A DNA stretch of 64,000 bases, from the NCBI GenBank assembly GCA_002772995.1, contig PFCO01000005.1, positions 17,001 through 81,000 on the forward strand, written 5' to 3'. Under the pieces are notes generated by a model. The model did no database searches. It saw only the letters and a list, made by a program, of their open reading frames with translations, and was not told the DNA's origin. Position 1 is the first letter of the stretch. Every line of letters begins with the position of its first letter. The stretch comes from Candidatus Niyogibacteria bacterium CG10_big_fil_rev_8_21_14_0_10_46_36 (GTDB taxonomy: Bacteria > Patescibacteriota > Minisyncoccia > 1-14-0-10-42-19). The translations under genes were made by a program, and so were the position numbers. Below are positions 16,436 through 27,633 of the stretch, one piece after another.

Positions 16436-18961
16436 CTAAAGGTTTTCTATATCCTGTTCGCTAAATCGAACGACATCTCCCCGTTTAAGCTCGCCGGCAA
16501 GCATTTTCTTTGCAACATATGCCTCAATCCTGTCCGCGATTGCGCGGCGCATGGGACGCGCACCGAATGCCGGATTGTATCCTATTTCAACAACTTTTTT
16601 TACCAGAGCATCAGAAATCTCAAGTGAAATGTCTTTTTCCTTTAGCCGCGCCTTAAACTCGCCAAGTAACAAGCGGGCAACTTGCCCTAATTGTTCTCCG
16701 CTCAATGGATGGAAAACAACAATGCCGTCAAAGCGGTTTAAGAGCTCCGGGGAAATGATACCTTCACGCTGTATCGTATCCACTACTTCCTTTTTTACTT
16801 CCGCAGGGTCTTTGCCTTTCTTGACCAGATCCCAAATGCTTGATGCCCCCGCATTTGATGTAAGTATCATTATTGTTTCACGCATAGAAATGCGGTCGCC
16901 TCGCGAATCAGTGAAAAAGCCTTCTTCAAGAATCTGCAAAAAAAGATTCAGCACTTCATGCGATGCTTTTTCTATCTCATCGAATAAATATAATGCAAAT
17001 GGATTGTCGCGGGCTTCGCGTGAAAGCATGCCTTGCCCGGATGTCTCAAATGATCCAATGAGCTTTTTTATTCCTTCTTCTCCCTGGAATTCCGACATAT
17101 CAAACCGGATCATCCGGTCTTCGCCCCGGAAATAGACCGATGCGAGGGCTTTCGCGCTTTCTGTTTTTCCCACTCCGGTTGGACCCAAAAAGAGAAATGA
17201 CCCTATCGGGCGTTTTTGATTCCGGATACCTGCCCGCGCACGGCGCATAGTGTCGGCAATTGTGCGGATCGCTTCTTGTTGGTTGATAATGCGCTCATGC
17301 AGCAGGTCTTCAAGATGCAGCAAGATGTCTTTTTCTTTATCTTCGGCGTCTCCAAGAGGAATTTTGAGTTTACGCGAAGCAAACGTGTCTACATCGGCAG
17401 ACAAAATAATTCCGCTGCCCCTTGTTGCATATGCAGTAAATACCTCATCGGCAAGATTGATTGCTTTTTCGGGCATTGCCCCTGTTTGAATATACCGCCC
17501 GGCAATCTTGCTGATACGCGCAAGCGCCTGATACGAAAAAATAATATGCGAATTCCGCTCAATAGCAGGGACTACTTCTTGTAAAATGATTTGGGTTTCT
17601 AATTCGTTCGGTTCTTCTATGTCTATTTTGCTGAAGAGCGCCTGCACCTTCCCGTGCGGCTCAAGCACGGCGTGGTACCCGCGAGGATCTGCGAGCGCAA
17701 TCACCTGAAGCGCTTTTCCGGAAAATGCATGTTCAGTGATACTTACAAGGTCAGAACCGATACGCTCCGCGCTTTCTATCGCGTGCGGAAAATCCTCAAG
17801 CACGAGAATGATATTTCCGGCACCTACTGCTTCAGATAATATCCGTATCATACGCTCCTCAAAAGCGCCTTTTGTTTTTGTTCCGGCAATAATGCTGTCT
17901 ATATCCAAACGGACAATACGCTTATACTCCAGAAACGGCGATACAATTCCCCGGAATATCCGCGTAGCAAGCCCCTCAAGAACTGTTTCCTTCCCGACAC
18001 CATCTTTACCCACCAGAAGCACATTCGCCTCTCCGCTCTTTGAAAGAATATTCTCAACCGCATCAATAATATGTACGCGCCCCGCACGAACAAGCATATT
18101 GCCGTCCGCAGGTATGTCGCGGGAATGCGCATCAAGCGTATAGGTGTACCCGAACCCAAAATCCTTTGCAACGCCCGGAGTGCGCCCGAGCTCTGCTTTC
18201 TCCCAAAACGCACGCTTTTGGACACGCATTTTATGGAGCTCTTCAATCCAGGCAAGGGCGCCTGCAAACTCCTCGCGCCCGATTCTCCGTTCAAAAAGAA
18301 ACGAGCGGAGCCGTTCATCAATATCATAGAGCCCAAGCGCGCAAGACAAGACCCCGAATTGCACCACCTCTCCATCCCCCGTATCTAAGCCCGCCATGCG
18401 CCTTACAAATTCGCGCCGCGGGATATACACCTGCCTGAGACTCTCTTTTTGTGAATGGAAAAATGAAGAAAAATCCACAGGCGATACGCCGAGCCTCGCA
18501 CACGAAGCACCATACACAGCATTCCGATGGAGCATCGTATACGCATCAAACAACGAAAAATCTCCTTTTTCTTTTAATATGCCGAGTTCCGCATAGAGCG
18601 CCGCCCCCGAAAGAAGAAGAGCGATGTCGCTATCCTCCTTTTTGCCCACAATGACTGCCCGCGATGATGCAATATAAAAAAACTCAATAAATAAAAAGAA
18701 GTAAAAGAACGCCGCTGCAATAAAAAAGAAACCCCACAAGAAGAAGGGATCAAATGAAGAAAAAAACGAGAACAACCCGCCAAGAAATGTATGAGAAAGC
18801 GCGCGCAATAAAAACGCTATGCACAAAACAGTTATGGAGCATACATGCAGAAAGAGCCCGAGCCGCAACAAAAACAAGCGGATTGGCGCGCGGACAAATG
18901 CATCAACGCGGAGTGTCCGGTATAGCGCTGGAGAATGTGTTTTTATCGTGACCGAATCCAT
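16436..18961 (-). CDS. ClpA/B-family AAA+ ATPase with N-terminal TM helices
   Basis: LLVGKDGVGK (D1), RPIGSFLFLGPTGVGKTE, RFDMSEF, FDEIEKA, PELLNRFD, FGARPMRR. Confidence 0.88.
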   Translation of the reverse strand: MDSVTIKTHSPALYRTLRVDAFVRAPIRLFLLRLGLFLHVCSITVLCIAFLLRALSHTFLGGLFSFFSSFDPFFLWGFFFIAAAFFYFFLFIEFFYIASSRAVIVGKKEDSDIALLLSGAALYAELGILKEKGDFSLFDAYTMLHRNAVYGASCARLGVSPVDFSSFFHSQKESLRQVYIPRREFVRRMAGLDTGDGEVVQFGVLSCALGLYDIDERLRSFLFERRIGREEFAGALAWIEELHKMRVQKRAFWEKAELGRTPGVAKDFGFGYTYTLDAHSRDIPADGNMLVRAGRVHIIDAVENILSKSGEANVLLVGKDGVGKETVLEGLATRIFRGIVSPFLEYKRIVRLDIDSIIAGTKTKGAFEERMIRILSEAVGAGNIILVLEDFPHAIESAERIGSDLVSITEHAFSGKALQVIALADPRGYHAVLEPHGKVQALFSKIDIEEPNELETQIILQEVVPAIERNSHIIFSYQALARISKIAGRYIQTGAMPEKAINLADEVFTAYATRGSGIILSADVDTFASRKLKIPLGDAEDKEKDILLHLEDLLHERIINQQEAIRTIADTMRRARAGIRNQKRPIGSFLFLGPTGVGKTESAKALASVYFRGEDRMIRFDMSEFQGEEGIKKLIGSFETSGQGMLSREARDNPFALYLFDEIEKASHEVLNLFLQILEEGFFTDSRGDRISMRETIMILTSNAGASSIWDLVKKGKDPAEVKKEVVDTIQREGIISPELLNRFDGIVVFHPLSGEQLGQVARLLLGEFKARLKEKDISLEISDALVKKVVEIGYNPAFGARPMRRAIADRIEAYVAKKMLAGELKRGDVVRFSEQDIENL

Positions 18962-18967
18962 AAAGCG

Positions 18968-19354
18968 TTACAACAAAAGCAATACGCCGGTAATGAATGT
19001 CGCCGGGACCGAAACAGGCGATGTTATAAAATACAAAAATAAAATACACCCGACCACAAAAAGCGCGCACTCGCTCGCTATCGCGGTAAGTAAAAAAACA
19101 AACCGGATAACAAATCCCGTAATACGCAAAACGCTGTTAATAATGATGCGCTCGGCAATTTTTTCAGGATCAAACCCGCGCGCACCTGCTTCCTGCATCC
19201 TGCGCCATGGCGCAAACATGGTACGGGCAAGTACCGGAACGGAAAAAAAGTGATATACAAACCAGTGATAATTCATCCACGCACGAAAAAACGCTCCCAC
19301 CCCCTCCCGATACAGCCAATACACATAGGAAAATGTTGCCGGAAGAATATGCAT
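18968..19354 (-). CDS. Hypothetical membrane protein upstream of the Clp ATPase
   Basis: FFSVPVLARTMFAPWRR followed by hydrophobic helices; 6 bp from the next gene. Confidence 0.7.
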   Translation of the reverse strand: MHILPATFSYVYWLYREGVGAFFRAWMNYHWFVYHFFSVPVLARTMFAPWRRMQEAGARGFDPEKIAERIIINSVLRITGFVIRFVFLLTAIASECALFVVGCILFLYFITSPVSVPATFITGVLLLL

Positions 19355-19404
19355 ATATATAAATCATATCATTTTAGTGAAATGTTTGGGAAAAGCACGC
19401 TTCC

Positions 19405-19530
19405 ACCCCGCCAGAAATCTCATATAGAAAAATTTGAATTAAATTTTTCTATATCTTGCGGAGAGGTTTTTTGCCAATTTTTAAAAGCTAATATCGTTCT
19501 CATTGCCAACTTCCAGACTTCTAACGGGGT
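19405..19530. mobile_element. MITE-like palindromic element
   Basis: Ends ACCCCGCCAGAAATC / GACTTCTAACGGGGT; internal 14-bp hairpin ATATAGAAAAATTT/AAATTTTTCTATAT. Confidence 0.65.
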
Positions 19531-19574
19531 TCACAAACGCCCCAAAATCGCGTACTATAGATAAATAAAAACAT

Positions 19575-20234
19575 ATGATTATTACCTCATACGGCTTATC
19601 GTGCTTCAAAATAACCTCGGGCGAGCGCGCTGTCGCGTTTGACCCGCCATCTAAGAAATCGAGCCTCAAAAGCCCTTATTTCCAGACGGATATGGTACTG
19701 GTAAGCCACGACCACGATGACCATAACGGCAAAGAGGTGCTCCACGGAAAAAATGACGAAGCGCCTTTTGTTATAGACGGCCCGGGAGAATATGAATATA
19801 AAGACATCTCAGTACTCGGCGTTTCCTCTTTCCACGATGACGCTGAAGGAAAAAAGGAAGGAAAAAACACCATGTACCGCATGCGGTTTGAGGACGTCAT
19901 CTTATTGCACATGGGAGATTTCGGAGAAAAAACACTTCGGAACCAAACAAAAGAAAAACTTGGTGAAATAGATGTCTTATTTCTCCCCATCGGAGGGAAA
20001 ACGGTTCTAGATGCAGAGAGTGCCGCAAAAATAGCAAACGCAATTGAGCCGCGCATCATTATCCCGATGCATTATGACAATGAGGGACCAAAAAAGAAAA
20101 AAGATGCACTCAAAGCGTTCTTTGATGAGATGGGCATAAAAGAAGTCAAACCGGAAACAAAGTTCACATTCAAGAAAAAAGATCTGCCGGTAGACGAGAC
20201 GAAAATAATAGTATTGGAGCCTGCCTCATCATAA
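19575..20234 (+). CDS. MBL-fold metallo-hydrolase
   Basis: YGLSCFKI, SHDHDDH, GPGEYE, HMGD, IIPMHY. Confidence 0.88.
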   Translation: MIITSYGLSCFKITSGERAVAFDPPSKKSSLKSPYFQTDMVLVSHDHDDHNGKEVLHGKNDEAPFVIDGPGEYEYKDISVLGVSSFHDDAEGKKEGKNTMYRMRFEDVILLHMGDFGEKTLRNQTKEKLGEIDVLFLPIGGKTVLDAESAAKIANAIEPRIIIPMHYDNEGPKKKKDALKAFFDEMGIKEVKPETKFTFKKKDLPVDETKIIVLEPASS

Positions 20235-20235
20235 T

Positions 20236-20463
20236 ATGCCTTCACGCTCCTTTTTCAGCGCTTTAGAGGCATTGCAGAAAAAGTCTGACAAGGAAAAAGA
20301 TAAGATAATTTTTATAACGGTATGCGTTGTCATGATTGGAGTGATCGCTATATGGATATCACTCCCCCAAAAAGAAGCCACAGAACAGCAAATGCAAGAG
20401 CAACAGGCAGGGCCGTTTCGCGTTCTCTGGCAGGAGATAAAAAACAATACGCCTGAGTTTTAA
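20236..20463 (+). CDS. Small membrane protein
   Basis: Fills the gap exactly (1 and 3 bp spacing); one TM. Confidence 0.6.
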   Translation: MPSRSFFSALEALQKKSDKEKDKIIFITVCVVMIGVIAIWISLPQKEATEQQMQEQQAGPFRVLWQEIKNNTPEF

Positions 20464-20466
20464 TAT

Positions 20467-22920
20467 ATGAAAGAAGAACAAAAACAACCGCAACAAGAAC
20501 GAGGTATTGCTGACCGCAATATCGTTCAAGAAATGAAGGAATCGTACCTCGACTATGCAATGAGTGTTATTGTCGCGCGCGCGCTTCCTGATGTGCGCGA
20601 TGGACTCAAGCCCGTTCATCGCCGGATTCTTTACACTATGCACGAGATGGGCTTGTCTGCTTCTTCAAAACACCGTAAATCCGCGGCAATCGTCGGAGAT
20701 GCGCTCGGAAAATACCACCCACATGGAGACAGCGCGGTGTATGATAGCTTGGCACGCATGGCACAAGACTTTTCTTTGCGGTATCCCCTTGTCGACGGCC
20801 AGGGGAACTTTGGTTCTATCGACGGCGATGCGCCGGCAGCCATGCGTTACACCGAAGCGCGCATGACAAAAATAACCGCGGAAATGCTCCGGGATATTGA
20901 AAAAGATACGGTTGATTTTACCGACAACTATGACGGAACCCGCAAAGAACCAAAGGTGCTCCCGGCATCAATCCCCCAGCTATTATTGAATGGCTCGCTC
21001 GGTATTGCAGTGGGTATGGCGACAAACATCCCTCCTCATAACCTGAGGGAAGTCATCGACGCAACCATTCATCTTATCGAAAAGCCCAAAGCAACCATTG
21101 AAGACCTGGGTAATCTGGTCAAAGGCCCTGACTTTCCTACAGGAGGACTTATATTCAATGAACAGGATATTCTCCAGGCGTACGCGACAGGACGCGGCGG
21201 CATTGTTACCCGCGGAGAAGCAGAAATTGTAGAAAAAAAGCAGGGACAATTCCAGATTATCGTCACATCAATTCCCTACCAAGTATCAAAAGCTGACCTT
21301 ATTACAAAGATTGCTGACTTGGTTCGTGACAAAAAAATAGACGGCATCAAAGATGTCCGGGATGAGTCGGACAAAGACGGACTCACGATAGCGATAGACC
21401 TCGGACGCGACGCATTCCCGCAAAAAGTATTGAACGCGCTCTATAAGCACACTGATCTCGAAAAAGCATTCCACTTTAATATGGTAGGGCTTGTCGATGG
21501 TATTCAGCCCCAGCTCTTATCCCTGAAGTCACTCTTAGAATACTTTATCGCGCACCGGAAAGATGTCGTTGAACGGCGCACGAAATTCGAACTTGCACGC
21601 GCGGAAGAACGCGCGCATATCCTTGAAGGGCTCAAAAAAGCGCTTGATCATATTGATGCGATTATACAAACCATCAAAAAATCCCCCGATAAGGATGTGG
21701 CGCACGAGCGGCTGATGAAAAAATTCAAACTATCCGACCGCCAAGCAACGGCAATTCTTGAGATGCGCCTCCAAACGCTTGCGGGACTTGAACGCCAGAA
21801 AATAGAAGATGAACTCAAAGAAAAACAAAAACTCATCAAGCACTTGCGCGCGCTTTTGAAAGATCCGCAAAAAATGCTCAGCGTCATCAAGGAAGAACTC
21901 ATCGCTATCAAGGAAAAATATGGCGACGAACGAAAAACAAAGATAGTTACGCACGCGGTAAAGTCATTCTCTGCCGAAGATCTTATTCCAAACAAGGCAT
22001 CATTCACCATCCTTACCAAGGGCGGCTATATCAAGCGCGTAGACCCGCAAGAGTACCGCGGGCAGAAACGGGGCGGCAAAGGCATATCGGCGATGTCCAT
22101 GAAAGAAGAGGATATTATTGATACCGTGCTCTCCGGAAATACGCATGATGACCTCTTTTTCTTCACAAACACAGGAAAGGTATATAAGACAAAAGCGTAT
22201 GAGATTCCGGAAGGAAAGCGTACCACAAAAGGAAAATCTGCGGTGAATTTCCTCGCGCTCACTCCCACTGAATATATAACCTCAATGATCTCCGTTGCCA
22301 AAGATGAGAAGCATAAGAACTTTTCCTTACTTATGGTTACGGAAAACGGTATAATAAAGAAAGTAGAGTCTGCGCACTTTGACGATGTACGCCGTTCAGG
22401 GATTATCGCTCTTAAACTCCAAAAGAACGACACGCTCCGGTGGGTACGGCTTGCCCAGAAAAATGACCATATCATTCTTGCAACAAGAAAGGGCATCTCG
22501 GTCCGCTTCAAAGAGAGCGACGTCCGCCCGATGGGGCGCACCGCAGCAGGAGTGCGCGCAATCCGATTGCACCAGTCCGATGCTTTAGTAGGCGCCGATA
22601 TTCTGAGTTCGGGAGAAAAAAGCGCATCTCTCTTTGTCATCAGCGAAAAGGGGTACGGCAAAAAAACTCCCGTGCAGGACTACCGGATCCAAAAACGAGG
22701 CGGCAGCGGCATCAAAACAATGAACATCACCCCCAAAACAGGTCCCCTCATGGATGCAAAAATTATCACTGAACAAACAGAGCTTGTGGCCATTTCAAAA
22801 AAGGGCCAGATCATCCGCACAGAAGTAAAACAAGTTCCTGAACTTGGTCGCTCAACGCAGGGCGTGCGCCTTATGAAACTCGACGCAAACGACTCTATCG
22901 CGTCTATAACGTTGTTATAA
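20467..22920 (+). CDS. gyrA: DNA gyrase subunit A
   Basis: [29 protein letters not shown], GyrA-box QKRGGKG. Confidence 0.97.
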   Translation: MKEEQKQPQQERGIADRNIVQEMKESYLDYAMSVIVARALPDVRDGLKPVHRRILYTMHEMGLSASSKHRKSAAIVGDALGKYHPHGDSAVYDSLARMAQDFSLRYPLVDGQGNFGSIDGDAPAAMRYTEARMTKITAEMLRDIEKDTVDFTDNYDGTRKEPKVLPASIPQLLLNGSLGIAVGMATNIPPHNLREVIDATIHLIEKPKATIEDLGNLVKGPDFPTGGLIFNEQDILQAYATGRGGIVTRGEAEIVEKKQGQFQIIVTSIPYQVSKADLITKIADLVRDKKIDGIKDVRDESDKDGLTIAIDLGRDAFPQKVLNALYKHTDLEKAFHFNMVGLVDGIQPQLLSLKSLLEYFIAHRKDVVERRTKFELARAEERAHILEGLKKALDHIDAIIQTIKKSPDKDVAHERLMKKFKLSDRQATAILEMRLQTLAGLERQKIEDELKEKQKLIKHLRALLKDPQKMLSVIKEELIAIKEKYGDERKTKIVTHAVKSFSAEDLIPNKASFTILTKGGYIKRVDPQEYRGQKRGGKGISAMSMKEEDIIDTVLSGNTHDDLFFFTNTGKVYKTKAYEIPEGKRTTKGKSAVNFLALTPTEYITSMISVAKDEKHKNFSLLMVTENGIIKKVESAHFDDVRRSGIIALKLQKNDTLRWVRLAQKNDHIILATRKGISVRFKESDVRPMGRTAAGVRAIRLHQSDALVGADILSSGEKSASLFVISEKGYGKKTPVQDYRIQKRGGSGIKTMNITPKTGPLMDAKIITEQTELVAISKKGQIIRTEVKQVPELGRSTQGVRLMKLDANDSIASITLL

Positions 22921-22981
22921 AAACGCAAAAAGCATGTCCGGGAACGGACTGCCGATATTACCATTCATTCGCATCAGCATT

Positions 22982-23512
22982 GTGGCCTTTCTTGACCCGA
23001 AAGACATTACCAAGCAAGCGAATATCAAAGAAGGAATGATTGTTGCTGACTTCGGAAGCGGCAGCGGATTTCGCACTATCCCGATTGCGCACGCCGTAGG
23101 GCGCTCGGGACGGGTATATGCTCTCGACATACAAAAAGAGATGCTTGAAGTCGTGCGAGGGAAGGCAAAAGCGGATCATCTCCTCAATGTATATACGATA
23201 TGGGCTGATCTTGAGTCCCCCAATGGAAGCACGCTCAAAGATGACTACACGGACCATGTTGTCGTTGCAAATATTCTTTTCCAGGCGGACGATAAGGACG
23301 CGGTCGCAAAAGAAGCGTTCCGCATACTCAAATCAAAAGGAACCGCTTCGGTTGTCGAGTGGGACATCAGCGCAGGCGTTCTCGGTCCTCCAAAAGAACA
23401 ACTGATAGACAAAGCAAAAACAAAGGAGGTATTTACCGCTGCAGGCTTTATCTGGGACAAGGAGTTTTATACAGGAGAGCATCATTACGGGCTTTTATTT
23501 AAAAAATCATAG
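22982..23512 (+). CDS. Class I SAM-dependent methyltransferase
   Basis: VADFGSGSG, VYALDI; start uncertain (GTG 22982 or ATG 22934). Confidence 0.82.
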   Translation: MAFLDPKDITKQANIKEGMIVADFGSGSGFRTIPIAHAVGRSGRVYALDIQKEMLEVVRGKAKADHLLNVYTIWADLESPNGSTLKDDYTDHVVVANILFQADDKDAVAKEAFRILKSKGTASVVEWDISAGVLGPPKEQLIDKAKTKEVFTAAGFIWDKEFYTGEHHYGLLFKKS

Positions 23513-23515
23513 CGC

Positions 23516-24871
23516 ATGAAAAACATTTCCTTTCTGCAACTTGCCGTATTTTTTGTATTCATCACAGCAATTATTATTGCGTTTCTTATTTTTGCAGGCG
23601 CCCTTCCTGGCCTGCGCGATACGCGGTTCAAAGACCTCAACTCCCCCATTGAGTTTTGGGGCACACTCCCCCGGCAAGTGATTCTCCCCCTAATCGAAGA
23701 ATTTAATGACAAGGAAGAAAAAAATGTCGCTATCACCTACACGCAATTCAGCGAAGAAGAATACCTCCCGAAAGTTGTGGGCGCGCTTGCGGCAGGCACG
23801 GGGCCCGATATCTGGATACTCCCACAACAAAACTTTATTGAAAATCTTCCGAAAGCGCTCCAGCTAGGGCCGAAGTCATACCCGGAACGGGATTTTCGCG
23901 AAACATTTTTTGACGGAGCAGATATATTGCTATGGCCTCCGGGACGGGTTGCCGCCATCCCCTTTGTGTCCGACCAGCTCGTATTGTTCTGGAACAGGGA
24001 ACTTTTCCGTTCGGCAGGTGTTGCAGATGCACCCAAAAATTGGGCGGGATTTCTAGCCGCATCAGAAACGCTCACGCAAAAAAATTCTTCGGGAACAATT
24101 ACGCAGGCGGGTGCTGCTCTCGGTCTTTTTGAAAATATCACACACGCAAAAGACATTCTTTCCCTCTTTTTCCTCCAGGTAAAAAACCCTATTACTTTCC
24201 TCGCAACGCATGGCTCACAAGACAACTTGCAAGTGGACCTAAAAAGCGCAATAAACGATTCATCTTTTGATACACTCCCGGCAGTTGCAGAGAGCATCCG
24301 ATTTTTTAACCAATTTGCAGACCCCCGCAAACAGTCATACAGCTGGACGCGCAACATGCCCGAAGCCCAAGACGCATTCGCACAAGGACGCTTGGCAATG
24401 TATATTGGGTACGGCTCCGAAATAGAAAAGATACGGAACAAAAATCCGCACTTGGATTTTGACATAGCGGAGATTCCCCAAATATCAACCGGGAGCGCGC
24501 ATGTCACCTACGGGAAGCTTCAAACGCTCGTTCTTTCCCGGCAAGCCGAATCGCTCCGCCAATCCGCAGGCCTCCTCTTTATCAATTTCCTTGCCCGTCC
24601 AGAAAACCAATCTTCTATTGCGGAACGGTTCATGCTTGCACCAACCTCACGCGCAGCACTTTTGGCAGGCAACGATAACCCGCTCCTTGCGACAATCTAC
24701 CGCTCTGCCGTCAAGAACACATTCTGGCTTGACCCTGACCCCGAAGGAACCTACACGATTATCCGCGACATGGCGGAACAGGCAAAACTCGAAATAAAAA
24801 GCATTGAAGACATTATCAATGAAGCACACCTCAAAATGCAGCGGCTTTTAGAAGCCATTGTGTTACCGTAA
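23516..24871 (+). CDS. Extracellular solute-binding protein (family 1-like), N-terminally anchored
   Basis: LAAGTGPDIW, LFWNRELF...PKNW, FAQGRLAMYIG. Confidence 0.8.
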   Translation: MKNISFLQLAVFFVFITAIIIAFLIFAGALPGLRDTRFKDLNSPIEFWGTLPRQVILPLIEEFNDKEEKNVAITYTQFSEEEYLPKVVGALAAGTGPDIWILPQQNFIENLPKALQLGPKSYPERDFRETFFDGADILLWPPGRVAAIPFVSDQLVLFWNRELFRSAGVADAPKNWAGFLAASETLTQKNSSGTITQAGAALGLFENITHAKDILSLFFLQVKNPITFLATHGSQDNLQVDLKSAINDSSFDTLPAVAESIRFFNQFADPRKQSYSWTRNMPEAQDAFAQGRLAMYIGYGSEIEKIRNKNPHLDFDIAEIPQISTGSAHVTYGKLQTLVLSRQAESLRQSAGLLFINFLARPENQSSIAERFMLAPTSRAALLAGNDNPLLATIYRSAVKNTFWLDPDPEGTYTIIRDMAEQAKLEIKSIEDIINEAHLKMQRLLEAIVLP

Positions 24872-24880
24872 TATAAAAAG

Positions 24881-26221
24881 ATGAAGCGTTTTTTTGTAAT
24901 TTTTCTTTTCGTTCTCGTCTGCGCCGCCGCATACGGCATTATATTTACAGAACACGCTTTTGCAAAAAGCGTGTATCTTTGCCAAGCCCTTGCTTCCGGC
25001 GAATCAAATGTTGCATACACAAATCCACAGACATGCGACGCAAGCTGTTCAATAAGTGCCTGCATTACACACACTGTCTCAGACAGCACGCAATCTGTGT
25101 ATGTCTGCGATAGCAATCGTTCTATCATTGCCGAAGACGCAGGCGCCTGCGCTCTTCTTTGTAGCGGAAGTGTCACGAACCAATCAAGCTGCACGCGGGC
25201 GAATATTTCAACCGCTTCACCTCCGCCATCCTTACCGGAGGGACAACAACCCGGTGATGGAGGGACAGGAGGATCAGCTCCTCAGCCGGGCGGAGCCCCT
25301 CCAGCTCCGGTAACTACTGACGGCGGCGGATTTGCCCCGTTTGTGCAATGTGCACTAGGGGATGCGGATCCGACCCAATGCAACCTATGCGAGGCGTTTC
25401 GTACAGGATGGCGCGTCGTCCAGTTCCTTTTCTACGCAATCATGCTTCCCCTTGTTGCGATTGCGTTTATTATCGGTGGCATTATTCTCTTGACCGCCGC
25501 AGGAAACGAGACGCGCATTACCCGTGGAAAGTCCATTGTATCAAATACATTTATCGGATTTATTATTGCGTTTGCCGCATGGCTCATCATAAGTACTGTT
25601 ATTGTTAATCTTGCACTAGGTGTAGGCGACATCCAATATTCAGATACGGGAACTACAATTAAATGGTACCAATTCCCTGATTGCACCTCCGGAACTGAAG
25701 TCCCGCTGGATCTTTCTTCTTCGGGCGGTGGAGGAAGCACCTCTAATCCTCCCGACAATGATAACGGAAACGGACAGCAGCCACCACCAGGGGGATCAAC
25801 ATGTTCTCCGGTCTCACAAGGTGTTTGCTCAGTAAACAGCCTCCAAAATACCTGCTTTGGAAATAACGCTCAAAATGCTTCTATTATCTGCCAGGCTGAG
25901 AGCGCTGGCGTGGCCGCAAAACCGAGCGGGAGTGATGTATGCGAAGGAGACGGAAGCGTTGTATCTTGGGGCTTATTTCAAATTAATATTTCCGCTAATA
26001 CGATTGGGGGGCTGGATTGCCCCTCTGCATTTGATAGTGCGTACACTGGAAGTAATCACAACTGCAGAGTTGTGAATCGAGATCTCTACAACCAATGTGT
26101 GGCGGCGGCTCAAAATGCTTCAAGCAATATTAATAAGGCATGTGAAATTTCAAGAGGCGGCACGAGCTTCAATAGATCCGATGCCTGGCAAAACACGGCG
26201 ACCGCCTGTAATATCCCGTAA
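24881..26221 (+). CDS. Cys-repeat / VirB2-like pilin / lysozyme-like (SLT) fusion protein
   Basis: Pilin core FIIGGIILLTAAGNETRITRGKSIVSNTFIGFIIAFAAWLII; C-terminal ICQAES...SWGLFQIN...NINKA. Confidence 0.7.
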   Translation: MKRFFVIFLFVLVCAAAYGIIFTEHAFAKSVYLCQALASGESNVAYTNPQTCDASCSISACITHTVSDSTQSVYVCDSNRSIIAEDAGACALLCSGSVTNQSSCTRANISTASPPPSLPEGQQPGDGGTGGSAPQPGGAPPAPVTTDGGGFAPFVQCALGDADPTQCNLCEAFRTGWRVVQFLFYAIMLPLVAIAFIIGGIILLTAAGNETRITRGKSIVSNTFIGFIIAFAAWLIISTVIVNLALGVGDIQYSDTGTTIKWYQFPDCTSGTEVPLDLSSSGGGGSTSNPPDNDNGNGQQPPPGGSTCSPVSQGVCSVNSLQNTCFGNNAQNASIICQAESAGVAAKPSGSDVCEGDGSVVSWGLFQINISANTIGGLDCPSAFDSAYTGSNHNCRVVNRDLYNQCVAAAQNASSNINKACEISRGGTSFNRSDAWQNTATACNIP

Positions 26222-26271
26222 TATAATACTATTTATAAAAAGAAGGTCTTAGCGTACAATACGAATACTAC

Positions 26272-26784
26272 ATGAAAAAACTCATCATCGCTTTTATTAT
26301 CATACTCTTGCTCATACTCGGATTTTTTGCGTACCGCACCCTTTTCTCAACACCTCCGGTAGACATTCCGAACCCGCCGGACGGAGACATAGATACTCTA
26401 TTCCCTATTTCACCTGCAACCCCCACCCCCCCGCTCCCGACCGGAGACAAAATTACAATCACCACACACAAGGGAACCGTAACGACAAATAATTTTTTCA
26501 AAATAGCAAGAGACATCGGGTCTGATGTATACTCACTGGCCGAAACGACTTCATACTACATTACATATTACCGTCCGGACAACAGCTTCCAAATAGCTAT
26601 AGGCTCGCGTCCGGCACAAGCAAGCCGCGCACAGGCAGAAAGCGCATTGGTGAACCTCCTTGGCATAACCGAACAAGAGGCCTGTGGACTGCTTATAAAT
26701 CTCGCTGTCCCCTTTGATGTGGACCCCGCACTAGCAGGCCACAATTACAATCTCAGCTTCTGTCCGGACGGTATTTCATTTTGA
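26272..26784 (+). CDS. Hypothetical membrane-anchored protein in the pilin cluster
   Basis: N-terminal TM, Pro-rich linker, two Cys. Confidence 0.7.
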   Translation: MKKLIIAFIIILLLILGFFAYRTLFSTPPVDIPNPPDGDIDTLFPISPATPTPPLPTGDKITITTHKGTVTTNNFFKIARDIGSDVYSLAETTSYYITYYRPDNSFQIAIGSRPAQASRAQAESALVNLLGITEQEACGLLINLAVPFDVDPALAGHNYNLSFCPDGISF

Positions 26785-26786
26785 CC

Positions 26787-27137
26787 ATGAAAAAAGCCTT
26801 CATAACAATAGCAGTTATCAGTATAGTGTGTTTAAGCGCATATTCACTTGCGCATGCGCAAGAAAGCTTCCAGCTCAATCTATATAATCCGCTCGGAAGC
26901 ATTGATTCGTTCGCCGCCTTGGCGGCATCAATCTTCCGGGCGATTGTTATTATAGCCATCCCGCTTACCGTTATTTTTCTCATCTGGGCAGGCATTCTCT
27001 TCGTTACCGCACGCGGGAACGAAACCCAGCTCGCAAAAGCAAAAAAGGTGTTTGTCTGGTCGGTTATCGGCGCTATGGTAATTGTTGCCGCTTGGGTTAT
27101 CGCAGTCGCCCTTAATAATTCCGTTCAAAATCTATAG
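26787..27137 (+). CDS. VirB2/TrbC-like pilin
   Basis: Signal AHA-Q, NPL, LIWAGILFVTARGNETQLAKAK..VWSVIG. Confidence 0.82.
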   Translation: MKKAFITIAVISIVCLSAYSLAHAQESFQLNLYNPLGSIDSFAALAASIFRAIVIIAIPLTVIFLIWAGILFVTARGNETQLAKAKKVFVWSVIGAMVIVAAWVIAVALNNSVQNL

Positions 27138-27139
27138 AT

Positions 27140-27508
27140 ATGCGCATCTCGCTTTTCCACAATAAAAAATCCCTCTCATTGCTCAAATATGCTGCATTTT
27201 TTATACTGAATATAGCGCTATTTCACAGAGCATCCGCCCAAAGCGAGATAGATAACCCCGTAGATTCGGGCACTTTTGGAGAGCTCATAACCAAAATTGC
27301 TGCCATTATTACCCAGGTGACTCTTCCCTTGGTTATCCTTTTTTTGATACTGGCGGGCGCCATGTTTGTATTCGGACGAGGCAACCCCCAGCAGCTCGCA
27401 CGGGCAAAAACGATATTTTGGTGGACTGTCATTGGTGCTGCAATTATTGTCGGCGCATGGTTTATAGCAATCGCAATAGATAACTTTGGAAGAGCGCTTT
27501 CGGAATAA
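27140..27508 (+). CDS. VirB2/TrbC-like pilin
   Basis: NPV, LILAGAMFVFGRGNPQQLARAK..WWTVIG. Confidence 0.82.
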   Translation: MRISLFHNKKSLSLLKYAAFFILNIALFHRASAQSEIDNPVDSGTFGELITKIAAIITQVTLPLVILFLILAGAMFVFGRGNPQQLARAKTIFWWTVIGAAIIVGAWFIAIAIDNFGRALSE

Positions 27509-27633
27509 TACACTGCCTTCAGTTCCGCTCATAACGGAATTGAAATCATTGTATTAACAATAAACCGCGGAAGGCGCGTCCCGCCTTCTTTATGAAAAGG
27601 TCATTTACATCCATTTAATTTATTTATTACACC

